Shown one piece after another: positions 36,121 to 44,466 of a stretch of 64,000 nt of DNA. Source of the stretch: Bacteroidota bacterium (lineage in GTDB: Bacteria > Bacteroidota > Bacteroidia > Cytophagales > Cyclobacteriaceae); NCBI GenBank assembly GCA_018266055.1, contig JAFDYT010000004.1, positions 112,893 to 176,892 of the forward strand, in the 5' to 3' direction. Both the position numbers and the translations under genes were made by a program. The notes beneath the pieces are model-generated. The model was not told where the DNA came from and did not search any database. It saw only the letters and a program-made list of their open reading frames with translations. Position 1 is the stretch's first letter; every line of letters starts with the position of its first letter.

Positions 36121-36696
36121 TTAATTGATATTGTCCAGGGGTTTTCGCTTCTGGTCAATATCTCTTGATTTCTTTAACTCTGAAGGCGTAAAACCTGTCA
36201 CTTTTTTAAACTGTGCTGAGAGATGAGCTACGCTGCTATAGCCCAAACGGTTGGCAATTTCGCTGAAGTTTAGTTCATCATAGAATATCAACTCCTTTAC
36301 GCGTTCAATTTTCTGGCGGATAATGAATTGTTCTAACGTGATGCCTTCTACCGAAGAAAAGAGACTGCTGAGTGCATTATAGTCCACTTTCAATTCTTCG
36401 GCAAGTACTGTTGACCAATTGAATTTTAAGTTGACAGCGTCCGCGTGATGAATTTTTTGAATCACCCGGTTTTTGACTGATTCAATCAGCCTCGCCTTGC
36501 GGTCGTCAATCCGTTCGAAACCCAAGGCAACCAGGGAAGTATCCAAGCGGCTTAACTGTGCTTCGTTAAGTTGATTTTCTTCCAGGATAACCTCTCCCAA
36601 TGATACCTTTTGTGGATGAAACCCTTGCTTTTCCAATTCCTGCCGAACCACCATAATACAGCGGTTGCAAACCATGTTTTTGATGTAGAGGGTCAT
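36121..36696 (-). CDS. AraC-family regulator with an N-terminal HMA-like CxxC domain (short form)
   Basis: 191 aa. The N-terminus is MTLYIKNMVCNRCIMVVRQELEKQG. The AraC HTH region is FSEIANRLGYSSVAHLSAQFKKVTGFTPSELKK. Confidence 0.8.
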   Translation of the reverse strand: MTLYIKNMVCNRCIMVVRQELEKQGFHPQKVSLGEVILEENQLNEAQLSRLDTSLVALGFERIDDRKARLIESVKNRVIQKIHHADAVNLKFNWSTVLAEELKVDYNALSSLFSSVEGITLEQFIIRQKIERVKELIFYDELNFSEIANRLGYSSVAHLSAQFKKVTGFTPSELKKSRDIDQKRKPLDNIN

Positions 36697-36745
36697 GTGC
36701 TAATCTACTCAGTACGAAGTGAAAATATTTTATCAAAGATACAAA

Positions 36746-38005
36746 CTATGGTGAAGTTGAAATTTGTTGTAATTGCGAGCCGCCTTGAGCCATTTTCGCC
36801 CTGAGAAGTTCCATATCCTTGCTGATTTTCTTCTGAACAATCTTTCCATAAATCTGAGTAGTTCGAATGTCCGTATGACCCAACAGTTCCATCGTAGTCT
36901 CCATGGGCACATCATTCGTAAGCAGCACAGTGGTAGCAAATGTATGTCGAGCCGTATGGCTGGTAAGGTTCTTTTTGATGCCACATATATCTGCCACCTC
37001 TTTTAAATAACCATTGTAACGTTGGTTGCTGTTCAGTGGCAGCAGTTTGCGATTAGCTTTACAGTAAGGATGATTTTTATATTTATCAATAATCTCAAGA
37101 GGAATGGGCAACAATGGAATATTCTCTGTCGTATCCGTTTTTTGTCTATCCCGGATGATCCATTTGCGGCCATCAATTCCAACAGCTATATGATCAGGTC
37201 CCAAGGCTTCGGCATCGGAGTAAGAGTAACCTGTATAGCAAACAAATATGTAACAGTCACGCACCTCTTCCAATCGCGCAATGGGCATTGATTTTTCATA
37301 CATCAACTCCAACTCCTGTTCATCAAGAAACTCCCGCTTGGTCCGTTTGTAGGTGCACTTAAAATTTGTAAACTTATTGGAAGGCACATACTCCAGGGTC
37401 ACTGCATACTCCATTACTTGCTTCAAGTCCTTTGCGTATTTCATCGCGGTATTATGACCGATTTTTTCGGCCGTCCGTAAATACTGCTGAAACTCGGTAA
37501 TGAAGTTGATCTTTGCTTCACTGACTTCAATGTCTGACTTTTTTAGTTTGAGTTTAAGAAACGAAACGCATTTGCCTTTTAATATTTCAAATCGATTATA
37601 GCGTGTGGCTTTGATATCGCCTACTTCCACTTTGTCGTCCATGTGTTCCATGAATTGGTCAAACACCTGAAGAAAAGTCTTCTGTTTAGGTTTGATTCCT
37701 TTATAAGATTTTTTTACCTCTTCAGGGGTAACATACTCTTGGGTAGCAGCCAATACATTATAGTGCTTCGTGATTTCTGCTTCAACCAACACAAGATGCT
37801 TGTTGATCTCTTTGGCACTTGGGCATTCCTTTGCAACACAATTGTTTTCTGCATCCCAATACTCAAGCATCACTTGTTTCATCGCGGAACACTCCGCGAT
37901 TTTTCCATCGATGGTAATGCGCGCCCAGATAGGTACGAGCCCTTGGCTGTTTACTTTTCTTTTGTTCAGCCAAAAGCGAACGGTGAATTTTTGATTGAGG
38001 TTCAT
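36746..38005 (-). CDS. int: Tyrosine site-specific recombinase/integrase (host-like GC)
   Basis: 419 aa. The N-terminal arm-type domain is FWLNKRKVNSQGLVPIWARITIDG. The catalytic C-terminus is HTARHTFATTVLL...LLGHTDIRTTQIYGKIV. Confidence 0.85.
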   Translation of the reverse strand: MNLNQKFTVRFWLNKRKVNSQGLVPIWARITIDGKIAECSAMKQVMLEYWDAENNCVAKECPSAKEINKHLVLVEAEITKHYNVLAATQEYVTPEEVKKSYKGIKPKQKTFLQVFDQFMEHMDDKVEVGDIKATRYNRFEILKGKCVSFLKLKLKKSDIEVSEAKINFITEFQQYLRTAEKIGHNTAMKYAKDLKQVMEYAVTLEYVPSNKFTNFKCTYKRTKREFLDEQELELMYEKSMPIARLEEVRDCYIFVCYTGYSYSDAEALGPDHIAVGIDGRKWIIRDRQKTDTTENIPLLPIPLEIIDKYKNHPYCKANRKLLPLNSNQRYNGYLKEVADICGIKKNLTSHTARHTFATTVLLTNDVPMETTMELLGHTDIRTTQIYGKIVQKKISKDMELLRAKMAQGGSQLQQISTSP

Positions 38006-38077
38006 AACAGTATGAGTTAAGGTTACCTCGTTCCTAAGCGGAGCAGTAAATCAATCGAAAGACCTTACGTAAGATTC

Positions 38078-38122
38078 TGTGACCAATATACCTGATAGGC
38101 ATTGGTCACAGGATTGGTCACA
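38078..38122. repeat. 10-mer ATTGGTCACA in three copies (one inverted, two direct) upstream of the integrase
   Basis: TGTGACCAAT at 38078-38087, then 13 nt, then ATTGGTCACA at 38101-38110, then GG, then ATTGGTCACA at 38113-38122. Confidence 0.6.
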
Positions 38123-38194
38123 AATCAGATGGTTTTGTTTGTTGTTTTATGAGTTCGCCACCTTTGAAATTGAGCGAAAACATAAGGTGTGAAA

Positions 38195-38221
38195 TGAAAA
38201 AGGGGCGGATGTTCGCCCCTT
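38195..38221 (-). terminator. Orphan rho-independent terminator hairpin in the junction
   Basis: Stem AAGGGGCG/CGCCCCTT with a 6-nt loop (38200-38221). The T-run is present only on the minus strand (A-run 38197-38201 on +). Confidence 0.5.
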
Positions 38222-38417
38222 AGTGATCCCGCTGGGAGGTAAACCTTGAGCTATGTTAGGACATTAATTCAATTTCTGCTACATAGAACAACTTTTTAAG
38301 CCATCTTGAAACACTTAAATCTAACGTAATCTAACAATCCGTGCAATAAACTGTGCAATAAGATGTCCTCGTGATACAACCTTTGATAAAATAGCACAAT
38401 AACGAAAAAGCTATTTT

Positions 38418-39599
38418 ATGAAATCGAGATTAGTACACCACCAAGGAGCCGTTCAGGCTTACTTGGCCTACAAGGGCAAACGCCTTTACTACAACACCGG
38501 AGTCAAAGCGCCATCGGCGGCGCTGGACAAAGACAACTTCGTCAAGCCGACTTTCGTCGAGTACGCGAACAAGCTGAACGAAACCATCATGACGAAGAAG
38601 GCCGAGTTCGACGACGCGATATTGAAAGACCTCAAAGCGAACGGCGACGTCGACCTGTTGCGCGTCAAATCGATCTTATACGCCACAAACGTCGAGATCA
38701 AGAAAACAGTCGACAAAGATTCGCTGACGCTCGACGAGGTATTGAATGAATTCACTTCGTCGCTGATCAAGTTGAACCGCGGGCGAAAGTGGCGCTACGA
38801 ACTTCTTCACAAGATTTTGAAAAAGCATAGAAGGCCGGCCAAAGAGGTGTCGAAAAAAGAGGTCGCCGAAATCTACGACGAGTTCAAAACCGGCGTCAAC
38901 GCGAACACCGCGCACACGAGATTGAAGGACTTCAAGAAATTCTACAAGTGGGCGCGCGAAGAAGGGTACGCTTTGCCGCGCGTCGACTGGGACGAGATCG
39001 CGCCGAAGACGTTCAAACCCGACTTCGTTTACTTGGACGACGCCAAGCTGCAACAGCTGAAAGAACACGTCGGGTCGACGCCGCACTTGGAGCGCGTGCG
39101 CCAGATATTCATGGTGCTCTGTCACACCGCCATGAGGTATTCCGAATATCACTCGTTGAAAAAAGAAGAGGTGATAATCAAGGGCGAAGAGATGTACGTC
39201 GACAAGGTCAGCCACAAAACCAAGACGCGGTTCATCGTGCCGGTGACCGACGAACAAGTGCAAAAGATTTTAAAGAACCCGCCCAAGATGGTCGGAGCGG
39301 TTTTCAACCGGAGCGTTCGCGAGCTTGGCAAAGAGCTGAAGTGGGAAGAGGTCGTTCGCTTTCGCACCGACACCGCCAAATACGAGTCGGATCACTTTTA
39401 CAATTTCCTGTGCTCGAGCGTGGGGCGCCACACCGCGGCGACGAGCTGGGCGATTCGCGGCGCCGACGAGTACGACGCGATGCAGTGGGCGGGCTGGAGC
39501 ACGCCGACCATGTTCAGGTATTATCAGAATAGGTTTGACATCACAAACAGCTTTAAGAAGATGAAGGAGCTGATACAACCCGTAATGAAAATCGCATGA
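38418..39599 (+). CDS. int: Phage tyrosine integrase
   Basis: 393 aa. Catalytic region CHTAMRYSEY...VGRHTAATSWAIRG...WAGWSTPTMFRYYQ. It is the first gene of the GC-rich block. Confidence 0.8.
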   Translation: MKSRLVHHQGAVQAYLAYKGKRLYYNTGVKAPSAALDKDNFVKPTFVEYANKLNETIMTKKAEFDDAILKDLKANGDVDLLRVKSILYATNVEIKKTVDKDSLTLDEVLNEFTSSLIKLNRGRKWRYELLHKILKKHRRPAKEVSKKEVAEIYDEFKTGVNANTAHTRLKDFKKFYKWAREEGYALPRVDWDEIAPKTFKPDFVYLDDAKLQQLKEHVGSTPHLERVRQIFMVLCHTAMRYSEYHSLKKEEVIIKGEEMYVDKVSHKTKTRFIVPVTDEQVQKILKNPPKMVGAVFNRSVRELGKELKWEEVVRFRTDTAKYESDHFYNFLCSSVGRHTAATSWAIRGADEYDAMQWAGWSTPTMFRYYQNRFDITNSFKKMKELIQPVMKIA

Positions 39600-40018
39600 G
39601 CTACTATCCCGACAAGGCGATACCGCTCGCAGTCTCCACTTTAGAAGAGGTGACGAAGCTGATCGTTAAGAAAGACGACAAGGCGAGCGACGAATCGCTC
39701 GAAGCGATCTTCGTAGAAATGTTTCGTGACGAAACTCTAAAGCGCGAAGAAATCGACGAGATGTTTTTCAGACTTCATGCGGCGTGCTCGTCGGCGGTGA
39801 GGTTCATGAAATCGGAAAACTTCAAAACTGTAATGATCGAAAAAGAAATGGCCAAAGAACTTTCATACGAAGAAGTCGGCGAAGAGCTCGGCGTCTCGTA
39901 TTCGCAAGTGAAGAAGTTAGTCAAGGAAGGCAAACTGAACACCATAAAATATTCGCAAAGAACGGTGCGGATAACGTACGGCGAGATCGAACGTTACAGA
40001 AGGGAGGAATCGGTATGA
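39596..40018 (+). CDS. Excisionase-like HTH DNA-binding protein
   Basis: 140 aa. The C-terminal region LSYEEVGEELGVSYSQVKKLVKEGKLNTIKYSQRTVRITYGEIERY resembles MerR/Xis-type HTH proteins. It overlaps the int stop by 4 nt. Confidence 0.5.
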   Translation: MSYYPDKAIPLAVSTLEEVTKLIVKKDDKASDESLEAIFVEMFRDETLKREEIDEMFFRLHAACSSAVRFMKSENFKTVMIEKEMAKELSYEEVGEELGVSYSQVKKLVKEGKLNTIKYSQRTVRITYGEIERYRREESV

Positions 40019-40251
40019 AATACAAAGTGATCATTGTCCCATCTTCCGACGACGAAAAGCTTTACCAACGGTTGTGCGACACGTTCGACGAGGCTTATGA
40101 AATCATGAAGCGGCGGAACTCTAAAGGCAAGAACGATACCGCGCAGCTTTTCGAGTTTGAGACACAAGCCGAACGACAGGCTTTTCTAAAGGGCGTCGAG
40201 GTGATGGCGGGGTACTTCGGCGACGGCTTGGCGTACCAGAACACTCTATAA
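40015..40251 (+). CDS. Hypothetical phage protein
   Basis: 78 aa from ATG 40015 (ATGA overlap with the upstream stop). The longer track ORF 39784..40251 overlaps the upstream gene in another frame. Confidence 0.5.
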   Translation: MKYKVIIVPSSDDEKLYQRLCDTFDEAYEIMKRRNSKGKNDTAQLFEFETQAERQAFLKGVEVMAGYFGDGLAYQNTL

Positions 40252-40274
40252 TATAGAGTGAAACCGGTGCAAGT

Positions 40275-40298
40275 AAGGGCTCCATTTGAGCCCTTTTT
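40275..40298 (+). terminator. Rho-independent terminator
   Basis: Stem AAGGGCTC/GAGCCCTT, loop CATTT, followed by a T-run. Confidence 0.65.
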
Positions 40299-40568
40299 CT
40301 TTGCCAAATATTATTCGGTTTTTTTGAAAATAAGTTGCATAAAATTTTACTACATGGCTATTATTGGTTTCCTTAGCACTGTTGCAACGGTCTGACAGAC
40401 AGCGCATTCGCTAAGATTTCGAGTCTAACGAAGCATGGGATCAGATCAAAAAAAGGGTACACATTTTTGTTAGTCCTTCTTTTGAAGCCTCCCTTAAAAA
40501 GGCTTGAAAACGAAACAAGGGGGTTTGGAAAATCCAAGCCCGACAATTTCTAACCTCAAATTTCTGTT

Positions 40569-40817
40569 ATGAAAAATTTGAAAGAACTTTTGAAGCTGAA
40601 AGGCGAAAAGGTCAAACACATCGTAATCGGCGACGACGGCAAAATCGCGCCGCTGACAACCGGCGCCAAAGGCACCGTGTCGGACTTGGACGATTCGATC
40701 CTTAAAGAAGTCTTCGGCGAGTTTCCTTTGAGCGACGGTAACGTCAACAACTTCAAGCTGTTGAAGTCGGTGAAGCTGAGCCAAGAGAAAAAGGCGAAGA
40801 AGGAAAAAGCGAAATAA
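40569..40817 (+). CDS. Small Lys-rich phage protein immediately upstream of terL (small terminase candidate, unproven)
   Basis: 82 aa with a basic tail SQEKKAKKEKAK. The call rests on position only. Confidence 0.4.
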   Translation: MKNLKELLKLKGEKVKHIVIGDDGKIAPLTTGAKGTVSDLDDSILKEVFGEFPLSDGNVNNFKLLKSVKLSQEKKAKKEKAK

Positions 40818-40837
40818 AGATTTCGCAACGAAAAAAG

Positions 40838-40862
40838 AGCGGGATGACTTCCCGCTTTTTTT
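40838..40862 (+). terminator. Hairpin with T-run between the small gene and terL
   Basis: Stem AGCGGGA/TCCCGCT, loop TGACT, T-run 40856-40862. Confidence 0.5.
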
Positions 40863-40879
40863 ATGTGAATAGATAGTCA

Positions 40880-42256
40880 ATGACTATCGACTTAGAAAAA
40901 CAGGTACTTCCCGTTTACAGAGATTTCTTCTACGACAAATCTTACTTCTCAATCATCTGGGGCTCACGCGGGTCGGGCAAGACTCGCGCCGTCGCGCAGA
41001 AGATAATGTTTCGCGCATTGTCCGAAAGGAACCATTTGTTCGTCGTCATCCGCAACAAGATGATCGACCACGCCAACAGCACTTATCGCGAGTTGAAGAC
41101 TGTCGCCGACCAATGGGGCGTCTACTCGCAGTGCGACTTCATGCGCGCGCCGTTGTCGATACGTCTGCCCGAGAACAACTGTGAAATACTTTTCCTCGGG
41201 TTAGACGACCCGCAGCGTTTGAAAGGCTTAAGTGGCGTCACCGGCCTTTGGTTCGAGGAAGTATCGGAGGTCGACAAGATGGAAAGCTTCGACGAGGTCA
41301 TGTCCGGCTTTCGTCCCGACCGCGGTTTGTACGAACAGGTCATCATGACGTTCAACCCGATCTCGAAAGACCACTGGTTGAAGAAAAGGTTCTTCGACGA
41401 GAACCCGGACGAAAGCAGGACTTATAAAATACATACGACGTGGCAGGACAACCCATTTCTGAACCGCAACACGGTGCAGACATATTTGAACTTGCGCTTC
41501 ACGAACGAAAGGCTTTACCGCGTCAACACGCTCGGCGAGTGGGGCAGCGAGAATGACGAGAAGCAATTTTATAAAATGTTCCGGTACAGCCAGCACGTCG
41601 ACACCGAAGGCAAGTGCGTTTACAACCCGGAAAAGACGTTGCACGTCAGCTGGGATTTCAATTTGCAGCCCGGGATGACGATGGTGATGTTCCAGGTCTA
41701 CGGCCGGGAAGTGAGAGTCATCGACGAGATGCTGGCCGAGAGCCCGCACAATACGGTGTACGGCGCGTGTCAGCTGTTCATGGCAAAGTACCCCGACCAC
41801 CAAGACGGGCTTTACATATATGCCGACCCTGCCGGCAAAGAACGATCGCAGGTCGTACACTCTAACCAAAGCAACATCGAAAGGATCGCGTACGACTTGG
41901 CCGACTATCATCCGGTGTTCAATTTGCACAAGGCGCACCCGCGCGTGCCGATACGAGGTCAATGGATCAACCTGATTTTGTCACAACACTATGACATCAA
42001 AGTGTTGATCAACCCGAAATGCAAAAACCTGATATCGGACTTCGCCGAAGTGCAGGAGGACGCCGAGGGCAAGAAGGTCAAAGAGATGACGCGCACCAAG
42101 ACCGCTTCATATCAGAGAAATGGCCACGCCAGCGATGCATTCGACTATTTCATCACTTACTATTTCAAAAAAGAATGGGAGAAGTTTAGTAAGCCGCGCA
42201 ACGGTTTGACCAACATGCAGGTTGTGCAGCGACTCCCATTAAAATATGGCTATTGA
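40880..42256 (+). CDS. terL: Terminase large subunit (PBSX/Terminase_3-6-like)
   Basis: 458 aa. Walker A WGSRGSGKTRA and Walker B-like GLWFEEVSE. The C-terminal nuclease region carries DFNLQPG, YADPAG and HASDAFDY. Confidence 0.85.
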   Translation: MTIDLEKQVLPVYRDFFYDKSYFSIIWGSRGSGKTRAVAQKIMFRALSERNHLFVVIRNKMIDHANSTYRELKTVADQWGVYSQCDFMRAPLSIRLPENNCEILFLGLDDPQRLKGLSGVTGLWFEEVSEVDKMESFDEVMSGFRPDRGLYEQVIMTFNPISKDHWLKKRFFDENPDESRTYKIHTTWQDNPFLNRNTVQTYLNLRFTNERLYRVNTLGEWGSENDEKQFYKMFRYSQHVDTEGKCVYNPEKTLHVSWDFNLQPGMTMVMFQVYGREVRVIDEMLAESPHNTVYGACQLFMAKYPDHQDGLYIYADPAGKERSQVVHSNQSNIERIAYDLADYHPVFNLHKAHPRVPIRGQWINLILSQHYDIKVLINPKCKNLISDFAEVQEDAEGKKVKEMTRTKTASYQRNGHASDAFDYFITYYFKKEWEKFSKPRNGLTNMQVVQRLPLKYGY

Positions 42257-42260
42257 AAAA

Positions 42261-42286
42261 GGCGCAACTATCGTCGCGCCTTTTTA
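42261..42286 (+). terminator. Rho-independent terminator after terL
   Basis: Stem GGCGCAAC/GTCGCGCC (7 of 8 bp), loop TATC, then TTTTT. Confidence 0.6.
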
Positions 42287-42296
42287 TAAATACCTC

Positions 42297-42584
42297 ATGA
42301 CCAAGGACGAATTTCGCAAATCCTTCTACACCGAGCACGACGCTTGGGAGCAGACGTTCCAAGCGTGGCGCGAGATATACAAGTTCGACGTAACGCCGAC
42401 CGACGACATGTTCCGCCGCGCGCTGGTCGCCCGGTTAGATTACGTGATCAAGCACAAAGGCAACACCTCCGACTTGTTCGAACTGGCCATATCGGACTTG
42501 CAGTCCCCGAACATGGCGTTGAAGCACCGCATCGTCTTCTTAAACGGCCATGACAACCGTTCGAAGGTCATCTCAAAGAGATAA
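42297..42584 (+). CDS. Hypothetical phage protein
   Basis: 95 aa from MTKDEFRK. The track start at 42246 lies inside the terL terminator. Confidence 0.45.
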   Translation: MTKDEFRKSFYTEHDAWEQTFQAWREIYKFDVTPTDDMFRRALVARLDYVIKHKGNTSDLFELAISDLQSPNMALKHRIVFLNGHDNRSKVISKR

Positions 42585-42906
42585 GCTTTTTGTTTTCGAA
42601 AACCGCCGTCAGCTTGATCGGGGACGCCTGATTGGCTTTCCATATCACCGTGTCACTCGGCAGCGAAAAGCAGAAGTCGGTCGGCTTGCCCGCAGGCTTA
42701 CACGCTTCGAAAGCTTCGATCGTCACGCGATGCGTGGCCGAACCGTTGATCGTCTTGTGCCCGGTCTTCTGACACCGGAACTTGAAGTAAGCCGCGTCGA
42801 ACAACGCGGCTTGTATTTTGAAAACGGTGACGAACACTTTATTATCGTTCTGGCTGCCGTAGCCGGCGCGATCTCTCGCCTCGGCTTTCGCGATGTCTAT
42901 TTCCAT
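42568..42906 (-). CDS. Hypothetical protein (minus-strand cassette, gene 2)
   Basis: 112 aa with no recognisable motif. It starts 4 nt after the upstream minus-strand gene. Confidence 0.45.
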   Translation of the reverse strand: MEIDIAKAEARDRAGYGSQNDNKVFVTVFKIQAALFDAAYFKFRCQKTGHKTINGSATHRVTIEAFEACKPAGKPTDFCFSLPSDTVIWKANQASPIKLTAVFENKKLISLR

Positions 42907-42909
42907 TTT

Positions 42910-43593
42910 TTAAAGTTTCAAATCCACCTGATTGTACAATTTCGCCCCGTGGGACTTTAAAACCTTTACCACTTTTTCTAAGTCTTGCGCCTCGTACAAA
43001 CTTCGCATCGTCAAGGTTGCGCCGTCTGCGTCGATGAAACGGTGCAGAATGTAGTTCACCGTCGCGTACTGCTTCAACGCTCGGTTGATGTGGTAAAACG
43101 GGTAGTCAGGGTAAAGGAAATGCAAGTCGCCGGTTTCGTACGGCTTGTAAAACTTCAACCGCAGTTCGCCGTGGGCCAAGCTCAAATTGCGCAACGTCTC
43201 GGCCTCGTCAAGCGGCGCGTCATAGAACGTGACGCAGGTGTCGTCGCCCGCGTATCGGTCGTGCGTAAGCGACGTCTGACTTTTGTCGAAATACGAGTCG
43301 CGGAACTCGGGCGTCGAGATTAAAATGTGCGACTTGGCGTACACCGAGCTGAACAGGCTCTCTTTGCGATGGAGCTCTTCGACCTGTATGTCGTGCAGCC
43401 GCTTCGAGCGCTCGCAGCGTTTGGCGTGCAACTTCAACAGGTGTTTCAGCTGTCGCTCGCCGCGACGCTCGACGATGCGCAACAGCTCATTCAACTTATC
43501 ATTTGAGTCGGTTTCCTTGAAACCTTCTCCTATCTGTAATGTGGATTCCATAGAACGACAGACGCGATTCGAACGCATCGAAAATCTAACCAT
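42910..43593 (-). CDS. Hypothetical protein (minus-strand cassette, gene 1)
   Basis: 227 aa. The N-terminus is basic and helical, and the C-terminus is alpha/beta-like. The likelier start is MESTLQ at 43551. Confidence 0.5.
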   Translation of the reverse strand: MVRFSMRSNRVCRSMESTLQIGEGFKETDSNDKLNELLRIVERRGERQLKHLLKLHAKRCERSKRLHDIQVEELHRKESLFSSVYAKSHILISTPEFRDSYFDKSQTSLTHDRYAGDDTCVTFYDAPLDEAETLRNLSLAHGELRLKFYKPYETGDLHFLYPDYPFYHINRALKQYATVNYILHRFIDADGATLTMRSLYEAQDLEKVVKVLKSHGAKLYNQVDLKL

Positions 43594-43941
43594 TGTGTCG
43601 CTTGGAATCGAGGGGCCACTTTCGCGAAGGGAAGCATTAAATGCACGTCTTGCGTTTTACGGGCAACGGGATTTCGTTACACAAAGATACCATGAGAGAT
43701 GCCGGATTTAAAAAACATTTCAGGAAAATATTTTCAAAACGGCAAAAGTTGGAAAGCTAAAAATTCTTAAATCTCTAAGCATCATTTTGACTTTTCACAA
43801 AAAGCTTTAAAAAACGCATATAGTATACCGTTGAAAAAACGCGACTACTTTAAGTAATCGGCGACCGGTCAAAAAAAATCTTTTAAGTAATTAAACAATC
43901 CAAACTATGAATACTATAAATAGTTAAACAACTACATCAAT

Positions 43942-44136
43942 ATGAAAATGACAAAAGAAGAGCTAAACGTTAAGAACGAAGAAGCCGGCGTGAAGATTCG
44001 CACAATTAAAGTATCGCAATCGGCTTACGAGGCTTTGACATTAATGAAAGCGGAGCTGACGAAAGCGAAAGGCAGGCACATAACCTTTTCGGAGGTAATA
44101 GAAGCGATGCCGGCTAACGCGTTCCGCACAATATGA
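43942..44136 (+). CDS. Small ribbon-helix-helix-like protein
   Basis: 64 aa. IKVSQSAYEALTLMKAEL...ITFSEVIEAM fits a strand-helix-helix pattern. Confidence 0.45.
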   Translation: MKMTKEELNVKNEEAGVKIRTIKVSQSAYEALTLMKAELTKAKGRHITFSEVIEAMPANAFRTI

Positions 44137-44169
44137 AACGCAATAGGCTTTTAGAACCTGATCGGCGAG

Positions 44170-44466
44170 ATGAAGCGTGGCGATGTAAATTTGAACCACA
44201 TCATAACCGGATATTACAATTACATCGGGTATGTCGAAAAAGAAAACAAACGCAAGGCTAAAGCGGTGAAGCCTGTAGCTATCAAACCCGAAAAACGCGA
44301 GAAAAAAATTAAACAGTTACGCGTCGATCGCTTGACGATTTTGAAAAGGAACTTGATGAAATACCACGGCTTGGAAGAGCTGACGGCGGCGTATTACGAA
44401 ACTCGCGATTTCGCCAAATACAAAGAGCAATTGAAAGCTGACGTTTGGGAAAGGCGGCGAAAGTGA
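44170..44466 (+). CDS. Hypothetical basic phage protein
   Basis: 98 aa, Lys/Arg-rich. Confidence 0.4.
   Translation: MKRGDVNLNHIITGYYNYIGYVEKENKRKAKAVKPVAIKPEKREKKIKQLRVDRLTILKRNLMKYHGLEELTAAYYETRDFAKYKEQLKADVWERRRK

Noticed and set aside
38676-39578. Long ORFs antisense to, or out of frame with, the phage integrase (38676..39263, 38948..39532, 39270..39578)
   Set aside because: Their translations are Arg/Val/Gly-rich and low in complexity, as expected for non-coding frames of GC-rich DNA. The + strand frame has the tyrosine-recombinase catalytic motifs.
41228-41962. 244-aa ORF antisense to terL
   Set aside because: It is a shadow of the terminase gene, whose Walker A/B and nuclease motifs identify the true frame.
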